Shown: one piece after another, positions 1 through 15,532 of the stretch
How positions within the stretch are numbered: position 1 is the first letter of the stretch
Layout of the letters: every line of letters begins with the position of its first letter
Source: Octopus vulgaris
Taxonomy: Eukaryota
DNA: 64,000 nt
Reading direction: 5' to 3'
Assembly: GCA_951406725.2 (NCBI GenBank)
Contig: OX597824.1
Coordinates: forward strand, 41,416,001-41,480,000
The notes under the pieces: model-generated
The model's database searches: none
The model's input: only the letters and a program-made list of their open reading frames with translations
Told to the model about the DNA's origin: nothing
Translations under genes and position numbers: made by a program

Positions 1-501
1 ATATGATATATGCATGTATGTATATATATGTTGTTTTATAGCAAAAAGGGTACTGATATACATATATATGTATAGTTTATATATGTATATAATTATGTGT
101 GCGTTTATATATACATATATTTATGCAAATATATAGATATGATAATTAACAACAGATAACGACAGGCAAATATAGTTTATAAATAGACGATATAAATATA
201 GATATAAATATAGATGGATATGTATATATATATATATGTATATTATGTGTGAATATATGTTTGGTATATAAATGAATATCTGTCTTTTTCTTATACTTCT
301 TTTCACGTTTTTTTTTATCTTTTAAATTAATTCTTTGCAGAGCAATATAAATAGTTTTAAGGCCAATTTATCGGCATAAAATAACGTTCTTTCAGCGTGT
401 CTTTTATTTGTCAGAAGAGACATGCAGAATGGTACGAAACCATGGAACATGACTCTTTTAGCTAGATTGTGAAAGATATATAACAGTTTCTGTTGTCTAA
501 C

Positions 502-579
502 CTGTATGTCCTCGGCTCCAAATGGCGACACATATGGCCAGCGTGTGAAACATGTTTATTTTCACTGTTGAAAAGTTAT
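502..579 (-). CDS. Candidate first coding exon of an unidentified gene; ATG at 553 gives MFHTLAICVAIWSRGHT, then a phase-1 intron
   Basis: Unique sequence. Minus strand has acceptors ttattctcag (exon from 579) or ttttcaacag (exon from 564), an AAAC-ATG context and the donor AG|GTTAGA. The peptide is hydrophobic and signal-peptide-like. No homology evidence. Confidence 0.35.
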
Positions 580-1485
580 CTGAGAATAATGAGCCAGCCC
601 CGTTGATATGATACTGTCTCCGTCTTTCGTCAGCCTAGTATTTCGCTGTATTCCAATTGGTCAGTTAGTCTGTTTAGTCGATTGGTTCGTTTATCAGTAA
701 TTCTGATAATGCAGCAGGGGCAGCAGCAGTAGAAGTAGAAGTAGTGGTAGCTATTGTACTAATGTAGCGTGTCAAAATAAATTTATTCCACTCGGCTCCT
801 TCTTTTTTTTTTTTTCCTGCCAAAAGTTGTCCAACACCAAACACAGAAATGTCTGCTAGTGTTCTGATTTCTTGTTATTTATCTTTCTCCGTCATCTGTC
901 CTTCGGTTGCTGGGATCTTTTACGAAACGACTATAAAAATGACAAAAAAAAAAAAAAAAAGGAAAAATAAGTGAATAATGAATAAATATAAATACATAAC
1001 AAAAGAAAAACAGATGAAAACCAAAATTAACAAAAAAAATTGAATTCGAAGAAATAATTTGATATTCGTTAGGATCTCGAAAGGTAGAAAAAGTAATTAA
1101 TTTTTTTTCTAAATCACAAAATAATTACTATAACCTTCATATATAGTTATATGTATGTATGCATCTGTGTGTGTGTTTGTGTGTTCAAATTTATGCGTAG
1201 CTGCATATCCAATTTTGTGGTATACATATGTGTATGTATATATGCATATATGAATGTCTGTGTGTTTACATACATACATACATACGCATTTGTATATAGA
1301 CACACATCGAATTACAGAAAAGAATGATTTGTAATTATGCTGTTATGCGTGGCAGCGTTGTTATGTGTGTGAGCAGCCACTCGTGTCTGTGTGTGCGTGA
1401 GCGTGCGTATAACAGGATTTTGTGTCTAATCTATGTAACAATGTAAAACAACCTTCCATGTCACATTTGGTAGGTGTTATTATAC

Positions 1486-1565
1486 CTGATGACAACGGGT
1501 CTATTAGCTGCGAACATGAATTGGCTGTCCGTGAGCGATTTAGAATTGAACTCACACGTTCTGTT
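1486..1565 (-). other. Candidate upstream exon (5' UTR or coding)
   Basis: Unique island with donor AG|GTATAA. The acceptor ttcag has a weak pyrimidine tract, so the 5' boundary is uncertain. Confidence 0.2.
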
Positions 1566-2730
1566 CTGAACTATACACTGACATATCGCAAGAATGACAG
1601 CATCATTCGGATACATATTTTATTTGCAAGAACAATTCTTAAAGTTCTGGGACAGGACTGTATAGATATAAATATTTCTTCCGACTTTAAGTTCTAAGTT
1701 CAAATGCTGATGAGGCCTTGTGCCATGAAATCCTTATCAAAACCACAAAACGCTAAAGGAGAGCGCCCCCCCCCCACCACACGCACACACGCACGCACGC
1801 ACGCACACACACACACATACACACACACACACACACACACAAATATATATAAACATATATATGCCTAAGAAATTAAAGCTGCGTTCCTGGTCAGAGAGCT
1901 CTCAGGGAAGTTTTCGCGCGAGAGTAAAAAAAATCATTGACAGTAAAAAGAATGTACATCACGACATCACATCATTCGTAACAGCGGGAAAACAATCAGG
2001 GAAAAGAGGAGTGATAAGAGAAAGAGAAGGAGGCGAAGTGGGAGGAAAAGAATGATTCATAGATGATGATTATATCGAGTACTGTTGGCATCGGTGTTAT
2101 GATTGTCACGTTGGTGATTATAGCCTGATGATGATGACGATGACGATGATGATGATGATGATGATGATGACGATGACGATGATGATGATGACGATGATGA
2201 TGATGATGATGATGTTGATGATGATGATGATTTTGATGATGGTGAGGATGATAATGCTGAAGATGATGACGACGGCGATGTGTGGCGGTGTATGCAGTCG
2301 CAAGGGATCGATATCAGGCGACACGAATACCTGGCCGGTTTGCAATATATATGTGTCTGTGCATGCCTATATATGCAAGTGAATGAGCGAGTATGAGAAT
2401 GCATGCTTGCGTGTCTGTCTGTATATGTGTGTATGTGTCTGTATATGCGTGTGTGTGTGTGTGTGTGTGTGAGTGAATGTGTTTGTGTACGTGTGTGCGG
2501 GCGCGCATGTGTGTACGCACGTATAAAAAGCATGAAAATATGTAATGCTTGCATAGCGCGGGATTTTGTTTATACGCGTGTAGGCATGCGCACATTAGAC
2601 TCTTGCCTGAATGTACGTACATACAAATGAATTCTTCGCTGAATGTATCTATAAATAAATACTATATACACATGCCCAGAGAATATACACGTGTGTAAGT
2701 ATTTGTGCGTGCATACATACACGCATATCT

Positions 2731-2762
<32 letters not shown>

Positions 2763-3309
2763 GCTTATATATACACACTCGTAAACACATACATGAGTGT
2801 TTGTATGTGTGTGTGTGTGTGTACATATGTGCACATAGGCTTACAAATATGCGCACGCGTGTACACACAGTACAAATTAAAAAAAATATATTTAACTCCC
2901 GTGAAAAGAAAGTATATAGCTACGTTTTAGTGCGGTTTCATCTGTGGAATTATCAGAATTTCAATTATATATGCACGGGTGTATGTACGCGCGTAAGTGC
3001 GTGTGTACGTGCTGCAAGTGTGAGTGCGTGTGTGTAAAGCGAGAGCGTGACATCTAACTTCTATCATTGAAAGCAAAGCATACCAATGGATGGATGTGTT
3101 TGCGTGTGAACCAAACGGAGACATGTGTTCGATATGCCATCGTTCTGCCAGTGTAATTCTATGTGGATGTATGTGTGTATCTATCGGTATGTTTGTATGT
3201 CTGTAATGATGATGATGATGATGATGATGATGATAGCAATATTGATAACAAAAACAGCAACAACAACAACAACAAAGATAATAATAATAATAATATCATC
3301 AATCCTTTC

Positions 3310-3527
3310 TACTATAGGTTAAAAGGCCTGAAATTTTGCAGTAGGAGTGTAATCGATTACAACAACCAAAGTACTCGAATGGCGCTTTACTTCATCGATA
3401 CCCAAGAGCATGAAAAATTGCAATTGAAACTCCGGCAAGATTTAGACACAGAATACGATGAACAGAAAGAAATGCAGCCAAGCAGTATTTTGTCCTGTAC
3501 GCCAGCGATTCTGCCAGCTCGTCGCCC

Positions 3528-3530
<3 letters not shown>
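3310..3530 (-). mobile_element. tRNA-derived SINE family A, decayed copy
   Basis: Ends gattctgccagctcgtcgcc, the reverse complement of the family A head. Similar to the copies at 36820-37390 and 38950-39150. Confidence 0.7.
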
Positions 3531-3613
<83 letters not shown>

Positions 3614-3708
3614 TATCTGGGAATGCATACAATGAGCTTCTCTGCCCTAGGTGTATGGAAAACACTCGGCGAGAAACGGAAGAAAATTTGAAGAAAGAAG
3701 GAAAAAAC

Positions 3709-3772
<64 letters not shown>

Positions 3773-4115
3773 TTCAAAAAGACTTTGATTTCAATACTAT
3801 CGGCACGACTTGGTCGCTAGTGCTGTTATTGTTATGTTATTTCCTTTTTGCCGTGTTAATCTTCCCCGAACGAATATCTCTTCACCCCTCTCTCCAATCA
3901 CATTCCACGCCACTTCCAATACATTATTTCACATAAAAAAACAAAACTCCATGTTTGTTATTGTTGCCGTTGTTACGGTTTGTGTTGGTTTTACTGTTGT
4001 CGATATTGTAGTAGTTGTTATTGCGAACATATATCTGATTCGTGTTTATATTTGTTTGGCATGTTCGATCTTTTCGCTAATTGATTAGGACATCACTTTA
4101 TTATTATTATTATTA

Positions 4116-4156
<41 letters not shown>

Positions 4157-4205
4157 GTTATTGTTATTGTTATTGCTATTGTTATTGTTATTGCTATTGT
4201 TATTG

Positions 4206-4279
<74 letters not shown>

Positions 4280-4314
4280 CATTATTGTTATTGTTTTTGT
4301 TTTGTGGCTGCTGT

Positions 4315-4530
4315 TATTTGGCAGAATCGTTAGAGGGTTCGGGAAAGAATGTGTTTTGCACTAATTGTCCCGACTCTTAACCTGAATTCAAATCCCGCTG
4401 ATATCAGCTTTCCTTTTCAATTTCCACCCCCAGGGGAATGATAAAAGTAAAGTGCCAGTCAAACACTAGAGTCGATGGCATCAACTAATTCCTTCACCAA
4501 AATTGCTGGCTTTGTGCCAAAAGTTGACAG
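4315..4530 (+). mobile_element. SINE family A, decayed copy
   Basis: ggcagaatcgttag...ttcaaatcc head and the ctggctttgtgccaaaa tail shared with other copies. Confidence 0.65.
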
Positions 4531-4592
4531 AATCATAATTATCATTATTGCCCTGGTTGTTGTATTTGGGACACTAGGAATATGTACCTTCC

Positions 4593-4655
<63 letters not shown>

Positions 4656-5181
4656 TTGATCTATGTTGTCTATTTTACTTTAACGTGGGACTATGTAGTA
4701 GGAATTTCGAAACGATTGGATTTGTCTTGACATGCCTTCAGGGAAAGGAAATCTGATTTCTAACAGAGACACAAGGAGACATACACACGCACGCGCGTGC
4801 GTACACGCATACACACACATCAACACACATTAGGCAAGGAAAGGAACAGCCGGTATTTCATCACACTTACACCTCCCCGGTCCCTAGTACTTAATCGGTA
4901 TTTATTTCACCGAAACCACCCTGTTACCCTCAGATGGATGACAAAGTCAAACATGGCGTGATCTGAACCCAGTAAAAAAAGGAAACAAATCAAATATTGT
5001 ATTTTTTATCAATTCGGCCGGTCCCGATAACATTTTAATGTTTGAAAATACATGTGTATATATGCTTGTATGAGTGTATATGTATTTTTGTATGTATGAA
5101 TGTACGCATGCCAATATGTATGTAAATATATATGTGTGGTCTGGATGTTTTGCGTTCTTGTCCCATTTTGTATTTTATTTT

Positions 5182-5222
<41 letters not shown>

Positions 5223-5311
5223 GTGTGTGTATGCATATTTATATGAATGCATGTATGTATATATGTACACTCACACACATATATGTATGTGTATATATGT
5301 ATATATGAATG

Positions 5312-5369
<58 letters not shown>

Positions 5370-6909
5370 ATATGTATGCGTGTATATATTTATGTATGTG
5401 TATATATATATGGGTGTATGTATGCATATATGTATTTATGTTGGATGCTTTAAATCACAGTTATACGTGCACCTACGTTGCAGAAATGTTTTGCGTAGGC
5501 TGACACTTGCTAAATACCATGGTGAGAGGCCGGGTATCGCAGCTCGCAAAATATCAATCAATAGTTAAAATGAACTAAAGGATGGGACGAATGAACCGGA
5601 AAAGGAAATTAATAAACACTAATAACATCAATAACAAAGACATTGAAAATTTAAGAGCAAAGCAAGGAAACGGAAGGAAAGAAGAATGAAGGAAAAAGAA
5701 GGAAGAAAGTGAAAGAGAAATATAAAAAAAAATGAAATGATGAAAGATAAATTGTTGGATTGATCGGAAAATATTATGAATCAACAATGAACGAATGAGC
5801 CTTGATCTCTTGATGTGCTAAAAACAGTAGTCAAATCTTCCTCCAATCACAACACTACTTACCGTCTAAACAAGAACAACAAAAAATGGGACATAAATAT
5901 TGGATATTGTTGTTATACAAAAAAAAAAAAAAACGAAGAACGGGGTGGTTACGGTTGGAATGCTTTTGTATATCGGTCCATTTGGCCCTCTACGGAACAA
6001 CAGCAGCTGCTGCAACAACAACAACAACAACAACAACGAGAGGAATAAACAAGAACCGCAAAGTATAAGAAAACTTAAATTAGAATTCAAAACTCTCTCG
6101 CAACGAAAAATAGAATAAATAAATAAAAGAAAACACGCACGCACGGACATGTACATTCATACACACACAAACATTACAATACACACACACACACACAAAC
6201 ACCCACCTAAGCACGTAAACACAAGCGTGTACATACATATAATCAGTATGTAATACGCCCTACCTACGTCTTATAAAAAGTTAAGGGACACATTGAGTGT
6301 ATATCTGATTAAACGATGGCGTGGTCATGATTGGAGTGTCGTTAGTCATGGGTCTCTTGGTTGATAGCAATCAGTGTTACTCCGGGTACTACACATACAC
6401 ACACGCTTACACACACACACAAATATATATAATTATATATGTATGAATATATATGTGCAAACGTAAATATTAGCGTATGCAAATAGTCACAGATTCCCAC
6501 GTACGCACAAACATACATGCTTAAACATTATACGCACAAACCACTTACACACACACACACATACACACACACACACATAACTTAAAAGTTGGAATGAAGG
6601 CGGTGTTGATAGTAGCAGTCGTAGTAGTCGATGTTGTTGTCAGTAGTAAACAGTGAGAGAGCGAGTGAGTGTGATTGAGTGAGGGAAAAGAATGCGCTCA
6701 AAGTAAACAGTCGAGATATGTTAGGTGAAAGCGAAAATGAAAATGAAAATGAGCGAACTGGCTAAGATGGAGTGAGTAGTGGTCGAAGTAGTAATAGTAG
6801 AGTGGGTAGAGCTAACAGCGTAATTACACACAGACACACACACACACACACACACTGCTACATACCACACATACACACACATACATGTATATGTGTGTGT
6901 GTGTATATA

Positions 6910-6959
<50 letters not shown>

Positions 6960-7161
6960 TATATATATATGTGTATATATGTATGTATATGTATATATAT
7001 ATATACATATATACATATATATATATACATATATATATATACATATATATATACATATATATATATACACATATATATATATATATATACATATATACAT
7101 ATATATATATGTATATATGTATATATGTATACATATACATATATATATTATGTATACATAT

Positions 7162-7196
<35 letters not shown>

Positions 7197-7204
7197 ACAC
7201 ATAT

Positions 7205-7242
<38 letters not shown>

Positions 7243-8234
7243 ATACATATGTATATATATATTATATGTAGAAAAATACAAACTAGGACAAGAACATATA
7301 TATATATATATGTACACACAGACACGCCAGGCATGCATAGTGAAGTTATGTAAAGTCCCTCGTGCGCGGATTGTTGTTGTTGTTGTTGCTGCTGCTGGTG
7401 CTGCTGCTGAAGTTGTTTACTGAATTTTCATCCATACGTAGTCCTTAGCAATTTCATCCGTATGACTTCCATTTTGTTTTCATTCTTTTCTCATTATCTT
7501 TCTTCTTCATATCCGTTGTTGTTTGTGTTGAAGTCGATATCATTTGTTGTTTAACTTCCTCCAGGTTAGCTCAGCGATGAGCAAACGTATACACAAAGGC
7601 TTTCCAACCGTAGCCATCCCGTCTTCATTTTGTTTCTTTTCTCAAGTACGGCTACAATATCCAAATGAGTCCTTCTACTTTTAGAGGACTTGTGAACAGA
7701 GGGAGATTTAGCTACTATTTTTTGCAAGTCCAACGACCATATAGGCGCTCCTTTGATTGTCGTGTATCTTATCCATTAATTTTTTGTGCGTTTTATAGGC
7801 TTTTTTTTGTTACAATTTTCCTCATATATTTCTCATAATTTGTTTTCGTTTGTTATATTCCGTGATGTTATCCAATTGTGATGAAAACTTGCTTGTTTTG
7901 TGTGTGTGTTTGTGTGTGTGTGTGTTTGTGTGTGAGTGTGTATGTGTATAATTCTCTTAAGTATACATCGGTATGTATGTATAAAATATGTATGTGTATA
8001 GATATCCGTAGACAAACTTATGTATGTATGTAGGTATGTATGTATGTATGTATGTGTGTGTGTATGCATGCATGCATGCATGCATGTATGTAAGTATGTA
8101 AGTATGTATGTATGCATGTATAGTTATGCATTAGACGCACATAAACAATTGTAAATAAATTAAGTGCAATATTAAAGGTTTACGATATGGACATTCATAC
8201 ATTCATACCCACTTTACATACATACATGCATATA

Positions 8235-8277
<43 letters not shown>

Positions 8278-8324
8278 GTATTATCAATCGCGACACAATA
8301 TCAATAATTTCAAGGTTGGCTTAC

Positions 8325-8343
8325 GGGAGAAGGCAGGATACTG
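8325..8343 (-). other. Candidate microexon (16 or 19 nt, NAGNAG acceptor) or 3' end of a longer exon
   Basis: Minus strand reads tttattttgtccctccag CAG TATCCTGCCTTCTCCC gtaagc. Confidence 0.25.
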
Positions 8344-8823
8344 CTGGAGGGACAAAATAAATGGTGATTGTGATATGAAACTCAGTTATTATAAAGAAAA
8401 TATTGCAAAAAAAAAAAAAATGAAAAAATGATATACACACAGACAACAGTATGTCGCCGCAATGGTGTTGTAAATGCCCGTTTGTGAGTATGTATTTATG
8501 TATGCATGTGCGTTGGTGTTGTCGTTTTTCTGTTTTTGTTTTTGTTCTTTTTTGCAAGCAGCTTGTTTGAAAAAATCTTGCACGAGTTCTGGCTAGGCGA
8601 CACAAACACGCGACATTTTATACGTCGGCCGCCATACCCCATCCCAAATCCACAAATTCAACTACTCCACCTTCCACATCAATCCTTCTCCTCCTTCTCC
8701 TCCTCCTCCTCCTACTTCTAAATGTTTACCATCCCCTCTTCTATCTATTCCGATATTCTCGGCTGCCTGCTTCTCTTTCGTTCTCTCTCTATCTCACTCT
8801 CTCTGTCTGTCTTTTCCTCTCCC

Positions 8824-8869
<46 letters not shown>

Positions 8870-9654
8870 TCGGCAAGCATTAGCGCTCGCGATGTTCGCG
8901 TGCCTGAAAGGCAGCAAAGAGGGAGGAAGCGTGACAGGGAGGAGATAAAGAGTGACAGGGAGAGGTGAAAAGAAGACAGAGAGCAGGAAGGGGGAAGCTA
9001 TGTGTGTTTATCGGGATTGTTGGTGGTGGACTGTGTGATGCTATGCTCTTTCTCTCTCTCCTCCCCCTCTCTCTCACTGTTCGTCCTTTACAGGTATGTA
9101 TATACCGTCACTCCTTCCCTAACCCCCTCTCTCGCTCTCTCCCTCTCTCTCTACCTTTCTCTCTTCCCTCTCACCATTGTTTTTTTCGTCTGTCCCGTCC
9201 TGTCTTCGCTTGTCCTCATCTGCTCTGTAGTTCGACTCAACTATCGTCCCTTAAATGCACGCGTGCGCGCACACACGCACTCGCATGCACACGCGTACAC
9301 AGAGTCGCGTTACTTGTTAGAAAGAGCAGCCAAATCTCGCCTCAAATCACAACACGTCCTTACCGTCTTTAAAACAAGAAGCAAACACTGCACAGTGCAG
9401 TTCTTCGAGACAGGGTGGTCACAACTGGAATACCTTTGATCATTGACTACCTTTTCTCAGTCACGGTTGGTGTGGTGGGTGGACGGGTCTAAACAACAAC
9501 AACTGCTGCTGCTACTACTACTACTACTACTACTACTACAATAACAACAACAACAACTACTACTACTACTACAATAACAGCAACAGCAACTACTACTACT
9601 ACTACTACTACTACTGCTACTACTACAATAACAACAACAACAACAACAGAAACA

Positions 9655-9696
<42 letters not shown>

Positions 9697-9789
9697 GCGT
9701 CGTCACCTCTTCTCACATCTCTCTCGCCTGTTTGTCTGTCTGTCTGTCTCTCTCTTTCTCTGTCAGTTTCTCTATCTCAGTTTCTGTTA

Positions 9790-9824
<35 letters not shown>

Positions 9825-10309
9825 TCTCTTCTTGTAGGATATCCCTTACTCCTACACACACATAACACTAGTTTCCCTCTGTCTCTCTCTCTCTCTATCT
9901 CTCTCTCTTCCTCAATCACGTCTCTCTTCGTTTCCATTTACAAAACCTCTACCTCTCATTCTTTCACAGTGTTTATATCTCTTATTATCTTAAATTATTT
10001 CTCGTTCACAATCTTGTTTATCTCCCCCCGTCTCTCTCTCTCTCTCTCCTTCAGTCACATCTCTCTTCATTTCCATCAACAAACCCCTCTACTTCTCATT
10101 CTTCTACACTGTTTATCTCTTATTATCTTACATCATTTCTTGCTCACAATCTTCTGTTTATTCCGCACATTCTCTCTCTCTCCCCCTCTCTCTCTCCCTC
10201 TCTCTCTCTCTCTCCCTCTCTCTCTCTCCCTCTCACACCACCCGTCTTTCCGTTTCTCATCACTCTTTATCTTACTTTCTCTCCTATTTTCATTACTCTT
10301 TTATCTGCT

Positions 10310-10990
10310 TCAGTCTTTAGACTACGCTCATGCTGGGACACCGTATTGAAGGGTTTAGTCCAGGGGTTCTCAACCAGGATCGATAAGGACCGTGCGGGGT
10401 TCATATAAGATTTTTGGCGGTCTACGGATACAACATAGAGTAATTTGAGGGTCCACGGTAATTTTTCATGGGCCATGAAAAAATTGTTCTTCAGACCAGT
10501 AAAGTTGTGCCCTAAATTGGTTATACACCCTCAATACACAAAATGTTTTAACAATTTTCATACAAGTCTTAATAATATTTAATTATAGAAATACTATAGG
10601 AGTTTTTAAACACCGAATAGCTATGGGGGTCCACCTGAGAAAAATAGAAACCAAAAGGGTCCACAGGTAAAAAAAGAAAAAATGGTTGAGAACCCCTAGT
10701 TTAGTCGAACAAATATCGTCGCCAGTACGTATTTACCATCTTCTACCGGACTGCTAAAAAACGGGGACGTAAACAAACCGACACATGAAGACAATCACAT
10801 GCACACATTTACATATATGTCTGTGTGTGAGACAGGCTTCTTTAAATTTCCGTCAGCCAATTCCACTCACAAGGCTTTGGTCAGCAATGAATAATAGTGG
10901 AAAAAACACTTGTCCAAAGTGCCGCCCAGTGGTACCGAACCCAAGGCCATATGGTTGGTGGAAAGCAAGCTTCTTACCCACACAGCTACG
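10310..10990 (-). mobile_element. SINE family B copy interrupted by a hAT MITE
   Basis: Tail at 10310-10360. Body and head at 10699-10990 (ccactcacaaggctttggtc, cttcttacccacacagc). Confidence 0.75.
10361..10698. mobile_element. hAT (Charlie/Buster-like) MITE, 338 bp
   Basis: TIRs CAGGGGTTCTCAACCA / TGGTTGAGAACCCCTA and a perfect 8-bp TSD GTTTAGTC at 10353-10360 and 10699-10706. Confidence 0.9.
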
Positions 10991-11728
10991 CCGATGCTTA
11001 CTCTTTACTTTTGTTTAAACTTTTAGCCTTATGTCCTGTTAAAATCTTTCCGCTGCTGCTGCTGTCACTACAGTAAACGACAGCGACTACGACGGCGATG
11101 ACGACGACAAAGTTGTTATCGTAACTCCTCCCCTCTTTCTCCCTCCCCTCTCACATATCTTCGCCTCTATTTCCTATGCTCCCTCATACTACTACTGCCA
11201 TCGCTGCTGCCGCGTCGCTCTCAGCATATCTTACTCACTAAAAGTCATCTGCGCCTCGTTTTCAGTTTGCGACGCGCGACTGCCGGCGCGTGCCAATGTG
11301 TGTATGTGTGTGAGTACATGTTTATAAGTGAATGAATGTTTCTATACACGAGTGTCTGTGTATGTATGTATGTATGTATGTATGTATGTATGTATGTATG
11401 TATGTATGTATGTATGTATGTGTGTAAGTATCTATGTCGTACGTATATATGTATGAATACTTCGTTGTGTCTATGTATGTATTTACGTATTTATAAATTG
11501 CAACCACGTGTGCGTATGTATGTACGTTTGTATGCAGGCATGCATGTAAGCATGTATGTGTGTATGCATATATATGCATGTGCGTATGTATGAAAGTGCG
11601 TATGTAGCTATGTTTCAAACTTTGTACAAACAAACACACACACACGCGCACGTACACGCACACTCACACACACATACAGAGAAACGCAAAAAACACACAT
11701 ATGTGATTGATCATGTATACATATGTAT

Positions 11729-11769
<41 letters not shown>

Positions 11770-11872
11770 CACATATATATATGTATGTGCATAAGACATA
11801 TGCAAGTATTTTAGTATGTCCACACATGTACATATTTATGCGTACATATACATACATACATACATACATACA

Positions 11873-11928
<56 letters not shown>

Positions 11929-12429
11929 GACACACATCTGAGTATGTATGTACGTACGTACTTATGTACACAAACGTGCAATAATCATATATACACACAA
12001 CACACAACACACACACACACACACACACACATGCATGTAAATGTACCAATTGTCTATCTGTCTACACATATGTACGGATGTGTGTATGCATGTATGCATG
12101 TATGTATGTATATATACATACATATACACACAAGTGAATTTACGAAGAGATTTCATGAGATGTTTGTGAGCATATTTTGTGCGAACGAATTTCTATATAT
12201 GAGTAGAAAAACAAATATGCATGCATGCATGTATGCATGCATGCATTCCTAGTATGCCGACTTTGCACCAACGAGTGTGCATTTCTACACGTGAACGTGT
12301 TTACATTCAGGAGAATGTACAAGTATTTTACTTGTTCGTAAATTTACTTACAGTTGTATGTTCATGCATACACACAAGATACATACTTATAGATACATAC
12401 ATACTTGTGCGTGTATGTGTATATGTATA

Positions 12430-12538
<109 letters not shown>

Positions 12539-12675
12539 ACATATTATATTTACAGAAAAAAATGTAATTTACTCCAAAAGTTTCCCAGAGTATAGTTCAG
12601 AGTATAATTCATATATTACAGATAAATTCCTCTATTTACATAATATCGAGGTCTCTTTCATTCTTTTATTGTATT

Positions 12676-12751
<76 letters not shown>

Positions 12752-13289
12752 TTGATAGATAGATCAATATAAATGTATATATCAAGAAATAGCTGGATAA
12801 TATATATAATATAAAGTATACTAGCCATCTCAATATTAGCATACTTTACGTTGTCGAGCAGTTACTGTTTACATCTCGTTCAGAGATTTGTTATATATAA
12901 TATAATTTAATATAATTTACCCATAGTTACACATATATATGCATATATACATGCATACATGCGTGCATGCATACATGCGTGCATGCATACATACATACAT
13001 ATATACATATACATATATACACATGCATACATATACACACTCGCGCGCACATACACACATATATACATACATACATACACACTGGTATACACAGACACAG
13101 ATTGACCCACACGCAGACACAGACAGACAGAAAATTACACACACATACACACACACACAAGCAGCTCTGCCACCTGTGCTGAGTACTGTCATTTAGGGCT
13201 GAGTACTGTATTGTTTGTTTGTCCTACTCCTGTTTACACTGTCTGTATTCATGGACACACATACATACAAATATGTATACATACTTAAA

Positions 13290-13366
<77 letters not shown>

Positions 13367-13381
13367 TTACACATACACACA

Positions 13382-13435
<54 letters not shown>

Positions 13436-13438
13436 TCT

Positions 13439-13474
<36 letters not shown>

Positions 13475-13858
13475 CTTATATGTATATATGCATACATATG
13501 GATACATAGATACACACACACACACACATATATATATATCTATACACATATACACACGCATATATATACATACACACATATATATATACATGTAGATATA
13601 TGTGTTTGTAGTAGAAATGTAAGTATGTGTGTATGTATGCATCTATCAATCAATCTATCTTTATGAGTATATGTATATGTGTGTATATGTGCGTGTGTTT
13701 GTATGTGTGTATGTGCTTCCATGTATGACCATCCAGTGTGTTAGGTTGTGTGTATATATATATATATATATTAATTATATATAAGTAATTATACGTACAT
13801 ACATAAATATATATATATATATGCATGTTTACATATACATAACATATTACATACATAC

Positions 13859-13889
<31 letters not shown>

Positions 13890-14325
13890 CATACATACAT
13901 ACATACATACATGCATACATACATACATACATACATGCATACATACATACATACATACATACATACATGCATGCATGCATACACACACACACACACACAC
14001 ATTTGTACGTCTGTGTGTGTGTGTGTGTGTGTGTACGAGTTATTCAATGTCTCCTGTGTACACCCACCCCAAATGATTTGTCTTATTTTTGCTTCTGTGT
14101 CTGTGTGTTTACATTTCCGTGTATCCCTAGGTGTCGCCCTGGTCGTTCTCTGCACCCTCCACACACACACACATACGCATACGCATACGCACACACTTTC
14201 TCACTCTGTCTCTTTCTCCCCCCACCCTATGTTTTCACTACCTCTCTTTTTTAATATCTTTCTGTATTTCTCCTCCTTATACACGGTTTGTTTCTTTCTG
14301 TCTCATCTCCCGTCCTTTTTCTCTG

Positions 14326-14364
<39 letters not shown>

Positions 14365-14708
14365 ATCGGTGTTTTTTCACCAGCTTTTCACTCGCAGTTT
14401 GTGTCATCACTTTCTCAACCTCTCTCACCCTCTCTCTCTCTTTTCTTTAATCTTTCTCTCTGTCATTCACTCACACACTCACTCAGTCATTCCGTCTCCC
14501 TCTTTGTGTGTGTCTGTCTTCCCTCTTTGTCTTGTATTTTTTCTCTCTCACTTCCCTTACACTCTCCCATGACTACAAACCTCCACCTACTCCCATTTCC
14601 TTTTTACACCTTCTCTCTGTCTCTCCCTCCCTCCCCCAGTTTCTCGCTTCCCTTCCTACTCCCTCGCTCACTTACTACGAAATTGACTTTAATAGTCAGT
14701 TCCTCAGA

Positions 14709-14949
14709 TCTTGTTAAATTTCTTCCAACCACTTGAAATTTTTCAAATTTTCACCAGATTATTTTCAAAATATGTAGTTCTGATGTAGTCTTCTGATGAC
14801 GATGACGAAAATCACATCATTTTTTTTTCTCCTAGAAATTAATAATAAAGTTACGAGCACAGCAGATTATTTTCAAAAACTGCATTTTTTCAATAATAAT
14901 CTGGCGAAAATTTGAAATACTTCTAGTGGTTCGAAGAAATTTAACAAGA
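14709..14949. mobile_element. MITE-like element with about 55-bp imperfect terminal inverted repeats
   Basis: tcttgttaaatttcttccaaccact...ccagattatt (14709-14763) versus aataatctgg...agtggttcgaagaaatttaacaaga (14895-14949). Confidence 0.7.
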
Positions 14950-15497
14950 ACCAACTCTTTCCTCTCTTAACATTTTCCCCCTTTCTCCTTTCTCCTCTCT
15001 CCTTCCTCTTCTCTCTTTCCACCCTGTCTTTCTCTCCCCCCCTCCCGGCGTAACTTTCTACCGCCCTCTTCCATTTCTTTATCTCACACCATCACCTCCT
15101 CTACCTTTTGCTCTCTGACTCCCTCTCATTCTCTCTCTCTCTCTGCGTCTTCTAAACTGCTCTCCCCCGTCTTCTTTCTCTCTCTCTCGCTCTCGCTCTC
15201 TTCTCGCTGTGACTGTCCCGGCCAGTTTTGAGCTCTTTGTTTGCGTGTCGTTCGATCGAGCCATACGGCGTGTGGCCATTGTTAAATACAGGCACACGTG
15301 TTCTGCCGAGATATGAGCACTGACATCATCGTCGTCGTAGTCGTCATCGTAATCATCGGCCGTCGTCATCAACTACCACCACCACCACCATTACTACCAC
15401 CACCACCACCACCACCACCACCACTACTACTACCACTACTTCTACCACTACTACCACAACTTCTACCACTATTACTACTACTACTAGTACTACTACT

Positions 15498-15532
<35 letters not shown>

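Noticed and set aside
9947-10165. Diverged direct repeat of about 80 bp
   Set aside because: An ordinary local duplication within a CT-rich tract, with no further structure.
12844-12887. Minus-strand CTGAACGAG...CTCGACAACGTA
   Set aside because: Both core segments carry insertions and there is no good stem I.
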